From Octopus sinensis (lineage: Eukaryota), in assembly GCF_006345805.1 (NCBI RefSeq), contig NC_043013.1, positions 23,126,001 through 23,190,000 of the forward strand: a DNA stretch of 64,000 bases, read 5' to 3'. The notes under the pieces were generated by a model. The model was not told the origin of the DNA. It made no database searches and saw only the letters and a program-made list of their open reading frames with translations. The position numbers were made by a program, and so were the translations under genes. Positions 25,187 through 37,800 of the stretch are shown here, piece by piece. How positions within the stretch are numbered: the stretch's first letter is position 1; every line of letters begins with the position of its first letter.

Positions 25187-25815
25187 GGCGGCGAGCTGGC
25201 AGAATTGTTAGCAAGCCGGGTGAAATGCTTTGTGGTATTTCGTCCGCCGCTGCGTTCTGAGTTCAAATTCCGCCGAGGTCCACTTTGCTTTTCATCCTTT
25301 CGGGGTCGATAAATTAAGTACCAGTTGCATACTGGAGTCGATGTAATCGACTTAATCCCTTTGTCTGTCCTTGTTTGTCCCCTCTGTGTTTAGCCCCTTG
25401 TGGGTAGTAAAGAAATAGAAATAGGTATTTCGTCTGCCGCTACGTTCTGAGTTCAAATTCCGCCGAGGCTGACTTTGCCTTTCATCCTTTTGGGGGAGGG
25501 GGTCGATAAATTAAGTACCAGTTGCGTACTGGGTCGGTCTAATCGACTGCCCCCCTCCCCCAAGATTTCGGGCCTTGTGCCTAGAGTAGAAAAGATATAT
25601 ATGCTTAGTGTTTTTTGCTTTTCTTTTTTTTTGGTTCTTTCCGTTTGTTTCTGTTAAATGTTCATGTGTGTTCTTGTTTGTAAAGTCTTGTAATGTTTGG
25701 CTTTTTTCTTGTTTGTGCGAGAGGAAGAACTGGAGTCGATGTAATCGACTTAATCCCTTTGTCTGTCCTTGTTTGTCCCCTCTATGTTTAGCCCCCTGTG
25801 GGTAGTAAAGAAATA
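25187..25815 (+). mobile_element. Composite of three family-C SINE segments within one TSD
   Basis: Full copy 25187-25416, variant copy about 25421-25600, unrelated T-rich spacer, 3' half copy about 25728-25815. A 15-bp direct repeat aagaatttgtgtaca lies at 25170-25184 and 25815-25829. Confidence 0.85.
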
Positions 25816-26246
25816 AGAATTTGTGTACAGTTAGTTTATTCTTCATAAAATTCCAACATGTTTTTCGATCTCACCAACTGCACATTGTTGCATTTTCATA
25901 TGCAGCAATTTATGCATTATTAGTACAATCTCTTCAGGGCTTATAAAAATGACATTGTTCGAAAAGGAATTTTCCTCTGTCATTAGTTGGAATTAGGCTT
26001 GTTAGTAGTGGTAGTAGACCACAAGATTCTTCCATCAGACGTTCCTCCCAACTGTTTATTTTGGGTAAAATTCAGTAGCGGCAGCATCATCGATGTTTGT
26101 TGAAGGTAGCAAATATTCTTGGCTTGGCGGAGGGTGGTTACTTAGAGAATACTTATTTTTGATTGATTCTACATACTTTATAGTCACAAGGCTTTTTCAT
26201 GGATTTCAGAGTTGATTATATTATTTAAATGTGTGAAGGTTATTAA

Positions 26247-26467
26247 CCCTTTCGTTACCGTATTCATTTTGAGATGCTCTGTGTTTCTTTCAGTTATTTT
26301 AAATATAACAAAGAATTTAGTAAAATAACTTAGTTATCATTCAGCTAGTGTTAGGATCATAAATTGTGACTAAGGTTTGGTAGGAGATTTTAATTCAAAA
26401 CTTATGAAAACAAGACATTTGTATTACAGAGCCAGAGCCGGTTTTGGCCGGGTTGGTAACGAAAGGG
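26247..26467. mobile_element. piggyBac-like MITE
   Basis: TTAA|ccctttcgttacc ... ggtaacgaaaggg|TTAA: perfect 13-bp TIR with TTAA TSD. Confidence 0.88.
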
Positions 26468-26771
26468 TTAATAGTAGAAGTGAATAATTACTAAACAGTA
26501 AGAACCACGTGATTATTAAAAAGAAATGGCCAGTTGTATTTGAAATTCTTCTAAATTATCGTTATTATTGCTTCAAGTGTTTCTAGGTTATATTAAATGT
26601 AATCTTATCAATTGAATTCTATCCTTATATTCTTTATATTCGCTTTGATCATTATAATTATGTTTAGAGGAAAAAATTTGTTGCAATTATATAAATTTAA
26701 TACATTCTATTATATAAATTTTTGAAAAAGAAAACGTCTGTGTAAGCAATTAAAACTGCTTTCTTGTCTAA

Positions 26772-28190
26772 CATCATCATCATCATCATCATCATCACCA
26801 GTCATTGTCTCTGTGAGGCTCAAAGTTCGAAGATCATGCTTCACCACTTCGTCCCATGTCTTCCTGGGTCTGCCTCTACCACAGGTTACCTCTACAGTTA
26901 GGGATTGGCACTGCTTTACACAGGTGTCCTCATCCATATGCATTATATGACCATACCAGCAAAGTCATCTCTCTTCATACCACATCTGATTCCTCTTATG
27001 CCTAACTTTTCTCTCAAGATGCTTACACTCTGTCGAATATGCACACTGACATTGTACATCCAGCGAAGCATACTGACTTCATTTCTTTCAAGCTCACACA
27101 TGTCCTTGGCTTTCACAGTCCATGTTTCACTACCATGTATCATAACCGATCATATACACACATCAAACAATCTGCCTTTCACTCTGAGAAAGAGGTCCTC
27201 TGTTGCCAGTAGGGATAGGAGCTCTCTGAACTTTTCCCAGCCTAATCTATTCTCACGGCTATGCTCTCGGAGCATACACCTCCACTACTAATATGATCAT
27301 CTAGATAACGGAAGCTATCTACTACCTCTAGCTTGCCCTCATGGTAGTTGATGGAGTCTATTTTCTTCCCATTCTCAGCGTTTCTTGTACCTGTGCATCT
27401 TCCTCATATAAAAGCTAGTTTCCCTGTTAACATTCCTCTGCTATTGCTGCACCTTTTATGCGTCCAAAGCTTACACTGGGTGCATCTTATGGAGTTTCTA
27501 CCCACACCTTTTCTACAGATTGACCAGGGCCATCTACCTGAAGATGTTTGTGATTTATCTGCCTTCCTACTTACTAAGGCTTTGGTTTTTGCTTGGTTAA
27601 CTCTAAGGCCCTTTGCTTCTAGATTTTGCTTCCATACCTGGAAGCTCCGTTCAAGTATCTCAACAATCTCGCTAGATCTACCTTTCAATGTGCCTACATT
27701 GAGAGTAGGCACATTGAAAAGTTGGTCTGGTGAGATTTTAAGCTGCTTGAAAGGAGGTGTTTTGATGTATGTTGCATCCCAGAGGTAAGGTGGAGAGGAG
27801 CTTCAGCCAGGTTCCTTACAGGCAAAATATATAAGTAGAAACTCTTCTAAGAAGGTAACAGTGATGGGAGAGGTGGCATGGGCATACTTCTTGCAGAGAA
27901 ATGGGTGGATAAGGTCATAGAGGTAGTCAGAGTGGGTGATAGAGTACTTAAGCTAAGGTTAGTCTTACAGAACAGCGGGCCTACCAAATGAACAGAAGGA
28001 CCACTTTAATGATATTCTTCTGCAGGCTACCTCAAAGATGAGTGACAATGATCAAAACACCTCCTTTCAAGCAGCTTAAAATCTCACCAGACCAACTTTT
28101 CAATGTGCCTACATCAATAGTGCCAACTCTCAATGTAGGCACATTGAAAGGTAGATCTAGCGAGATTGTTGAGATACTTGAATGGAGACG
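26772..28190. mobile_element. Rearranged RTE LINE fragments in both orientations
   Basis: Minus strand: HGSETWTVKA..RWMYNVSV..GRGRPRKTWDEVVK and FQVWKQNLEAKGLRVN..WPWSICRKGVGRNSI. Plus strand 27705-28050: endonuclease VGTLK..QEVRWRGASARFLTG..GILLAEKWVDKVIEV. Confidence 0.85.
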
Positions 28191-28739
28191 TGTTTAACTA
28201 ATGTGTTAACTAATTTATTTTTCAAAGTAAATATTTGGTACATACAACCAATATCTGAAATTTCAAACTGTTTAGTTTAAAAAAAATTAATCAAAAAATC
28301 TGTAAGATCCGTGAAACTACTCTCGTACAGCACTGGATATTAGCCATAATATGTACCGAGTTCCCATAACATTTTCTATTTATTTCATACGAAAATCTGA
28401 ATAAATTACTCTAGTCAAGGGAATCCCAATATTTGGAATATGGATTCTTGTTATCTTTTATTCTTTCAACTTTTCTTTAACTTTAGCGGCTTCATCATTC
28501 AGTGAAGAATATTGTTTTAACCACAGGATAGCTCTGATTGTAAGGGATCTGTAAGAAAAGGTGTTCCAGCCATGACCATTTTGTCTTATTCTTTTCTAGA
28601 AGTAATGAATTCCTAAGTGAACATTATAAAATAATATAAACTTGAATTTTTCTTTTCTTGAAGATGGAAATTTCATTTTTCATTCTGTCAGAAAGATTTG
28701 GTTGCTCTTTCTAGCAACTTGAGCGCCCAGGTAAAGGCT

Positions 28740-29910
28740 CTCTCGTTCCCTTCATCACCTGTTGTTTAGTCTCAAATTCGATCTGATTGAACAGATATGA
28801 TCAAAGACGTGCCAACTGTGACCATTCTGTTTTTCTTCCCAGACATAATGGTCTTGTAGGGAATATGACCATACGTAAGGAGTTGGTGACGGTCGCCCTA
28901 ACAAAATATAAAGCCAAAATACATGAGATAAAGAATACAGTGCCAAAGGGAATAATGAGGATGACAACCGTTCTACGGTTTGAGAGAAGAAGACTTTATT
29001 TACAAATGCGTACAATAAGATAAAGTATGGGTGCTAGCAAAGTGTAGTGTCTGAGTGCATGCGACAAGTGTTTGTGTCTGTGTATTTGTCTGTGCAACAG
29101 AAGTACAAACAAAGGTGTATGCATATGAAACAGAATACAATACAGAGCATAGAAGAAAAGAGTCTCTCAGTATATGCAGACAAGATGGAGTTAGTTTACC
29201 AGTTCGAAGTAAGGTACATAATGACGGTTCATTCTATAAGAGGATGTTGGGGTCATAAGGCAGAATGCCGGTTGAACACATGTTGTGTAGCGGTTGGGGC
29301 TTTAATGCTGTGCCAGGTCTCTTGACACAGGAAATTCTCGCAGGTTGAGCTAAGCTGTTTACCTCGGCGTGGAGTTTGAACCTGAGCGAGTGCTGTGTAT
29401 GTATCGTTGAAGTTGATGGAGATGGAGACATTGAGATGAGGGCAACAGTGGAGAACAGACCTGAGTGGCTGGTGTATGTTAGCGTCGTCATGACTGGCTG
29501 GTCTGGTCGTCTGTCGCTGGAACTGGAATTGGCTGAGTAGCTCTGTGGTCAGAGGTTAGTCCTGGAAAGGACTGGAACCAAAGACCGGTGTTGCTGGAAC
29601 ATAGTTGAGTAGCTCTGTGGTCAGAAGTCTCGGACCAAAGACAGATAATAGTCTGTTGATCTCACCTTTTTAAAGGGTTTAGGTGGCTCAAACAAGGCAT
29701 AAGAAAAACAGTGTCACGGGATCTTATCCGAAGGCTGTGAATGGTTGGCTTACACACTGGCGCAAAATAAGTCGAGAGACAAACTGCGCCAGTGCCAACC
29801 AATCAGAGCAGTGGACACAACAGGGTCAAAATAGCCGAAGATGGTTATTATCTAACACGAGATCATTTCTAATCTATCTCTCAGACAGTGAGGATATCAG
29901 CCACGCTACA
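28740..29910 (-). mobile_element. Possible Gypsy-type LTR (about 28874-29910) with start of internal/gag region
   Basis: On the minus strand it begins TGTAGCG, has a TATA-like tttaaaaagg near 29670, a duplicated 20-bp unit (tgagtagctctgtggtcaga on +) and AATAAA near 29000. It ends ccttacg, followed by ta-TGG (PBS-like) and a gag-like frame KTEWSQLARL*SYLFNQIEFETKQQ. The PBS does not match a tRNA end I recognise, and there is no second LTR. Confidence 0.4.
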
Positions 29911-31384
29911 GTCTCTACGAGGGTATACATTTTCATACATTCTTTAAAAAGTAAGTTTGTATTTAAATGTTTAATCCCTTTGGAACATTGGCAAAATTAT
30001 AACACATAGTTTTATAATGGGAAAATGTTTGTTTCTGGGGATTATGTTAATTTTACTCCGTACTTGTGAGCGCGTATATGTGATAATTTCAAAATTAATA
30101 GTAGAATAGTTTAGTTGAAACACTGCTGAGAATATAGCCATTTATCTTTCTGTGGTCGATAATTCAAAACCTCTGTGTCGATTTAATTCAATAAACTTCT
30201 TCTTCCGAATGCGTTGTCTTGTGCCAAGTAAGATAGGTAACACACTCATCAGATGTGAATTTTGTTGACCATATTACCACTAGGCATGAAAAGCGAGTGT
30301 TGTTTTAGAGACTCTGCCTTTGTAAGTTTATTCATTTCATTTGTAAGGATAATTTAAAATTGAGATTTTTTTTATTTCAATCAAAAACGGAAAGAAAAGG
30401 AAAATTCTCAAAAAACTTCGTAATTCAAAATTGTTTTGTTTGCTCTAAGTCTATATTTATTTTTCTTTCTTTCTAGAAAGAGAGTATGAAACCATCCCTA
30501 GTCCGGCAACACACAACAACAACGTATAAAGCATTGTTACAAATGATTAAGAGATTAATTCAATGTCGTAATAATGAGCAAGAAGAGGCCTCCCTCGTAG
30601 CCTCAACTTTCTTGATTTTGATGGTCTTGAAAAAAAAATATTTCGAAGAGATTCTACAAGGGTTCTCTCCCCTTGACTGATTTACCTTCGGCAGAAATTT
30701 ATGTTTCTCCAAATTACTTGCAGAATCTGTTTAAGGAATTTTAATTTATTGGCGAAGTTAATGAAAATGTGTCACATTCATGCTTTTCACAAAATTCAAA
30801 TTACACAACAAAAAAGAAATTAAAATACCCTGTATCCCTCTTAATTGGTCGTGTGGTTAAAACTTATGTTAGACGTATCGTGTCAAGTGAGCCTGGCGGA
30901 TTATCTAATGTGTAAGATTTTAATTTAGTAATTACATACATAACACACATGTATATGACTCATATATAATACAAGACCACATTAAAATGCGAATCCAAAG
31001 CCGGAAAAAATACAAACATGAGCGAAAAAAGAGAAAAAAGCAAGAAGAAAGAAGGAAAAGGGGAAAGAAAAATATGAATTCAACTCTAAGACGCACATCT
31101 ACAAGATTCAGTGAAACCTACTGAAGCAAGCCAACACGCTCATGGCATTATCACAGGGGATGGCGAGGCTAAGGCGTTAGAACAGCCAAGCACCTTCACG
31201 GGTATCACCTGACACCTCGGAAAGGTGTACCGCCAACGATGACAAGAATTTCGCTGTTAGCGGCCTAGCCCTTCCAAATGTCTCAGGCTGGAAGAGACAG
31301 TTTACTGAGAGGGCTTGATACTCAAGGATTTACTTCCGTTCGGTTGTGGAAGCAGTGATCCACCCATTTACCGCAGCATCCAGA

Positions 31385-32030
31385 ATGTAGGAGGAAGCAA
31401 AGGAGCCACAGACTGTGACGTTCCAGATGAGTCACCCACCTCTTACTCAAGGACAAAAAGTAAGACCATCTTGGTCATCTAGTCATCTATCGACACCACC
31501 TACGACTTCTTGAGCGATTCCATCAGTGCTGCCTTCGCATCACCCTCAGCAACCATTGGAATGACTGTCACTAAAGTTAAGGTCCTAGAGTAGGTGAGGG
31601 TCACCAGCATCGAAGCAATTTTGCTAGACACAACTACTCCTCGCAGACACATCGCCAAGATAGAGGGTCATCGATTTTACCAGATCACACTGTATAGTGA
31701 GCTCTCTTCTGGTCACCGTGACAGAAGAACACACACACACACACACACAAAGGAACAAGGACCTCTCTAAAGAATTCTCACGGCGCCTGTCACATTGGTC
31801 ACCACCAGTGGGCTGTTCTTGCCACTGACCATGAAGCCTATCCATCAGACATCACCCTCCTTTGAAGACACCTGCAGGATCATCCTTGCAGACAAAAGAA
31901 AAAGGAAGGAAATCAAGGATACTACGGCCAGCGTTGATCAGCCTACCTTCCCGTGCTGTCTGTCTGTTCCGAATCGGGTCCATTGGGCATCAGCAACCCT
32001 GCAACAGACGTGGACATTCCTTCCTGTAAG
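31385..32030 (+). mobile_element. RTE LINE 3' end (second RTE family) with terminal zinc-finger-like motif
   Basis: Degenerate frames give LERFHQCCLRI, VTSIEAILL, QITLYSELSSGHRD and DKRKRK..TFPCC..IGSIGHQQPC, typical of the RTE C-terminus. The segment 31120-31380 may be its 5' region. Confidence 0.75.
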
Positions 32031-33710
32031 TCTTTGTTTGCGAAGATGAGCTAAGAAGAAAAAAGTTGCAGACAATCTGCCCTGTGAATCAAAGGTATGC
32101 GAAATGAAAATTCCCCTCCGCATTCAAGGAGTAGAATTTGTTTGTTCGGCAAAATAAAGCCAGTATAGCCCTAGACATAACATGTCTATTCACCCTCAAA
32201 CACCCATACACATTTACATCACTTCAGAATATTTTTATATCATATTTAGGACAGTGTCCTTTGCACTCAAACCAAGCAAATATAAGAATCACATGCATAC
32301 AAAAATAGTAGAATTACCAATGCCAAAATACATTTCTAAAAGCTGCTGGAATGCACCAGAAATTAACTGCAGAAGAATAGTATATGCCGTGCTTTAGTGG
32401 AGTTTGGCGACTTGCGATCCAACGAGTGTTTTACCATCTTTGAAAAGAACACACTGGATAATGCGGTTCCTGGAGTCCACATATAAGGAAAAAAGACGGG
32501 ATGATCACTGCTGGAATTCTTTATATCTTAGGTCAGCCTGATTAAAACTGATAAATTGGGGATAAACAAGAATGTCTGCTGTGTATATCAGTAGGAAAAC
32601 TGAAACTTGCTGGAACAAATTAGAGAAATGAGAAACCATAATTTGCTTCGACTTCTACTTTGTACCCTTATGGTAAGCTGTTTGACGGAATGCGCAACGT
32701 GGCCCTTGACTGGATCACAGTAAGGTATATCGTGTATCTTAAGTGTGTTTGATAAAAGCATACAAGGCCTAGACGGGAACGGCGTGAAAGTATTCTGCAC
32801 CGTTGAACAGTTCTAAATGTGTGACCTCTTCTCGCCTTTGAATGTGCATAACCCTCTCAGCCCTACAGTATACGCACCTTTCTTTGGCTATCACCCTCTA
32901 TACACCTCCTGAAAAATGCAATGAAAAACTACAATTAATTTGCGTACACTGTATCTATAGTTTTACGATTATACATATCACCTAGTAAATCTGTTATCTG
33001 ACAAAACTATGCCAAATCTTGTGCCAGGGCATTAAAACATCACAAAGGCCCTCTCGCACTTTAGCCCTCTCTATCATCCAGCCTCCTCTGTTCTGTGAGT
33101 GATCTCACCTGTTCTCGATTATAATTTAAGTTTTTAAGATTTTTGTTAGAATATTATCTAAGTTACTTTGAATTTTTTTTGTTGTCCACAGATTTTAGCA
33201 TCCTAGGCGATCATCTAGTTTACCTCCTGCCAAGCGCCGTCCCCGGGTTACGCATGGTAAATTTAGTTTTATACTTACAACTTTCCTTTTTGTTTGTATG
33301 TCTAGTATATGACATATTCAACAGTGGTATAAGATGACCGACCACTTATAAGTTCCCCTACCCCGCATCTTTAGCTCATTTGGATAGATGAAGGGCACCT
33401 ATGGTGAATTAACACTCCATCCAGTAATATTTGAAACCGTCTTAGCTAAGTACCCGAAAAAACAAACAAACATTTATTTAGTCACTGAAAAACATTTATT
33501 GTGCAGCTGGTTAGCAGTGATACTTATGTCTCCTCTGTTGCGCGATAATATAAACTACTTTCAAGATTTCTGTTCTTGTCGGTTTTGGAAGAAATCAGCA
33601 CCAAAGCAAGCAAGCCAACCATCAAAATCGATCAGGTGTATTGAACAACTTTATTCAACAACGAATTCTCCAACCATCCCGTAAGTGTCTTGGTTTTATG
33701 CTCCACTTAC

Positions 33711-34215
33711 TCTCTCGAACCGACAGTTTTGAGAGAAAAAAATAAATAAACCAGCAGTCAGTTAAAGCAATGTCTTACGTATCTAACAAGGACAGACATA
33801 AGAAATTAAAAGATAAAGATTTTTTTAAAGGCCCCCCCTCCCGTTCTTTATTAAAAAAAACCCCGCGAGTCTAACACACGAGATCATTCCTACTACATCC
33901 GGGCTATCGAAATTGTGGCGAGCTGATTGGTTAATTTTAGGTTCTGAGTGTGTTTATGTATGTGTATGTGTGCTTGTATGTATGTGTGTATGTGTATGGT
34001 TGTGTGAAGAAGTAAAACCGTCTGAGATGACGGCTTCTTCGTTTGCGACGTATTTGTGTCGACGATAGCCATTGGTCGGTTTCTTTCATTTGCTCACTTC
34101 ACCCCAAGCTTGTCTTCATAATGTCTTCGTAGAACCACGCACACGCAATAGTTTTGTTGTGTCTGATGATGCGTTGTGATTGACAAAATTCCGTCCTAAC
34201 AACACGTGTCAATCA
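33711..34215 (-). promoter_or_regulatory. Promoter-like region with candidate minus-strand first exon (donor AGA|gtaagt at 33710)
   Basis: Unique CpG-retaining DNA, ATTGG boxes at 33926 and 34071, and inverted TGATTGACA motifs at 34177 and 34207. Confidence 0.45.
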
Positions 34216-34619
34216 TACAAAAACAAAAAAATTAAGGATTACGTTTATTTTCCCTATTCTGATAAAACAAAACAGAAAAATATACGTATGATAAATAATT
34301 AAGCTAACATATTTTTCGTTTTGTTTCCCCCATTTCGCTTTTAAATCAGCTTAGATATAAAAAAAATTCATAAAAGAACAATAAAAATCCCTCAAAATAA
34401 TAACAATGCGCAACCCGGTTTCAAATACTCTTCATAGCTTGGAACCGCTTTCACTTAGAGTGCTTCGCCCGTTTGCAAAGAGAAAGCCATGAACATCACA
34501 ACTTGCTTTATATTATTTTCCTCCTCCTCTGATAAATAATAGAGCCGTCGTGGTATCGATGAGAAATAGAAATCAATAATTAAGAAAAACCTATATTATT
34601 GGAAATCGGAAAAGGGGAA

Positions 34620-34840
34620 GAAGTGAATGGACCAATCAGATCGCTCGTTGCTTTCGCTCTCCGGTTTCGGAAGGTTGAGAAAAGTCAAAAAAGTAAAAAA
34701 AAACACAGATAAAGCCATTCACACACACAGACACACACACACGCAGGAACGGTGCAAGATGTTGAGAGATTGTACTTTAAAGTGTTGTAGAAAATATACC
34801 CGCGCCTAATTTGGTTTAATTTCTTAACTTGGAAACCTAG
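34620..34840 (+). promoter_or_regulatory. CCAAT-box promoter and candidate non-coding first exon of an unidentified plus-strand transcript
   Basis: gaCCAATcag at 34632, CpG-rich leader, and a strong donor CTAG|gtaagt at 34841. Confidence 0.55.
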
Positions 34841-37800
34841 GTAAGTTTGAAAAGAAAACAATTCTCACAGATTTCCATTTTATTGCCTTTCTCTCTCCCC
34901 ACCAATTATCATTCTAATAATTACTATCCATGTTGATCAAATGTCTATCTTGTCTATCACAATTTCTCCCCCCCCCCGTCTTCCATCTATTTGTGTGTAT
35001 ATTTATGTATTTATATATATATATATATATACTATAATACTACAGTGATTGATGTGTGGTAGGTTATATTGAGACTGTGTTTTCTCTGTGTTATGTGTCT
35101 GTGGCGAAACTCCAGCATGGCTTAAAGAGAAGCTCAACGGTTTCAATCGAGTGAGGGACAATATTATTATTGTGTGACTGAAATATAAAGCTTCAGATGT
35201 GACTTGATAGAAATACAGTAGTTTTGTACAAGTATTGCTAGAAATACACTGAATTGCTTTATATAAAAGTATTTCCTGTGTGTATATATAATTAAGCTGG
35301 TGCTCGGTGGATATAGGAGTAATTACTTCGCTCAATTCGCTATTTCTTTATATGTTTGTTTATTAAGGATGAAAATCGTTTCATCTTCGTTGTCATTTAT
35401 CTATTTTTATTTCAATGTAATTATATTTAGTAAAACAATCGACAACTATTACAATCAACACGCAAATCTATCTTTAAATGACTTAACAAAAGAAATGAAA
35501 CAGTTTTTTTTCCCCTTCTTTTTGTCTGTGTACCAACTTAATTTAACTGAAATTAAACCCCACGTGAATTTTCGAATATTTTGTGATTTGATATATTTCC
35601 CTCACTGACGGCTGTCTGGACTAGTTTGACAGAATAAAGTAGATTCTGAGAGATAGAGAGACAGACAGATAGACAGGAAGAGAATGATAAAATAAAATAA
35701 AATTCGAGAGAAGGAGAAAAGAAGAGGAGAGAGATGGAGATAGAGGAGTAAAAGACCAGCAGCTGGACAAAAAGAGGACAAGGGAAGTGAGAGAGTAAAA
35801 GATGGAGAAAGGTGAGGTTTATAAAAGGACGAAGAAGGGGGTAGAGATAAGAGAACGATCGGTGTAAGAAGAAGAAGAAGCAGAAGGTTTGGGGCATCGA
35901 AGAGATAGACAGAAATGGGGGATGTGGAGGAAGAGCAAGTAAAGTGGAAGGTAGGAGTTATGAATAGACATTGGCGAAGGAGAGAAGCATATTGACAGAG
36001 GGAGATTGTGTATAGAAATAGAGATACAGGAGAAGAGTGTTTGATATATATATAGAGAGGAATAGAGACAAAAATCGAGAGCCAAATGATTAAATGAACG
36101 ATGGATAAGAGACAAAGAAAGATGAGTTTCAAGTGTAGATCGGAATGAAACGAGTGGAGGAAGTAGCGTGAAAATGAAAGACAGAGAGCGAGAGAGAGAA
36201 ATGGTGAAATGGAGAGTAAAAGGTTGGCTGTTTATGGAGAGAAGTCAGCAGTGAGTTGACGACGATCAACAACAGCACGTTAGACCAACAATACTACACA
36301 ATTATTTTCTACCATACTACACACATTTTGTACTGCTTTTAACGGATATGTTCAGATTAGATGCACACTCACTCTTCCTCATTGTCTACCAACACACACA
36401 CACACACACATGTACGCGCTATTTTCTCATTATGATCACAACCACAAATAAAGTGCTGCTCACTTTCCATAAATGATTTTAACCCGTTTTAATACGTATT
36501 TTCTCAACTTGTTTAATCCTGCATTTCTCTACAATATATATACATCCATGCTCTGGCAACTATTCGCATATATTTGCCTAATTCATTACTTGTATATAAA
36601 CACGATGATACACACGTTGCTGCACTCTTTCACTGTAAACACATCTCCAGCAAAAGGTGTCTTGGCAAAATTTGCCATCGTTTCTTTCATTCCTTTATCT
36701 TTAAATGCACACACATGCATACACACATAGTGTTGATATTACTCGTATATCTCTGATTGCATACATGTGGTGTATGGATTTTATCTAAAGAGATCACTCA
36801 CTTCCCATCTACAAAATATAGAAGAAAAAAAAAGAAGGCATCGTATTCGCATGGTTTATATTCGTTTATATTATTTCCCCTTTATCCCCAAACACACACT
36901 ACAAATTAAAAAGCGGGTCCTTTAGTCTCAGAGCAAATATAGTGTGAGAGGCATAAAAACCTGCCAGATTTTCCTGAGTGACAAACGCTTCGACAGCAAA
37001 CGCACGGAGTGCACCGCTCCAGACCATGATATGGGAACTGGGGGGAAAAAAAAAAACAAACGAATAAGCTAATGGTAAACGGTAAAACATAATTAGCTCC
37101 ATGAAAACACTGTTAGTACTTGCTTAACTTCATTAATCTTAATATTGACCGAAATAAGAACGGGAGGTTTTTCTGCCGCACCATGCACCAGTCTCGTTCA
37201 TTTGTTCGTTTATACTTTAATTCCTTTATATCAGAATGCACGTGCGCACACACACACACACTACACATTGCCATTAGTACTCTACTAATGTATCCCTTAT
37301 TCGATAACACTCGCTTTTGGTGCTAGGGGCTTGATTTCAGCGAATTAGTCTAGCCTTCCCATTTGCACCGGGGAAGGCCAGGAACACACACACACACACG
37401 TACAATACTAGACTGAACATATTTCTTTGTGAACATTCCTCATGTGAACTGTTTACTTTATATAATTATCCTTTCATTTCTTCATTGTAAATAGCGACGG
37501 ATCTCCTTTAAGGGTCAAGCTTGTTTTTGTTTAACCCCCCCCGCTCATTCCTGATAGAGTTGGTTAAAAGGTGGAAGACATCCACTTTTATTCAGTTCAA
37601 ACTCTATCTAGGACAGTGGTTAGTCCAGCCGACTTCTTTTGTTGACAAATCAATGGCCAGTACTTCTCTTGAAACCATTCGTAATAGTATTCAGATGAAT
37701 TTCTGGTACATCGAAAAAACATTTAGCCCCCTCTCCATATTACATTACCCCGATCAATGATCTCGCGTTTCCTTCATATTTTAAGACGGTTGTCTGTAAT

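Noticed and set aside
35602-36132. 176-aa hydrophobic minus-strand ORF
   Set aside because: Derived from a GA-rich low-complexity tract; composition-driven lack of stops.
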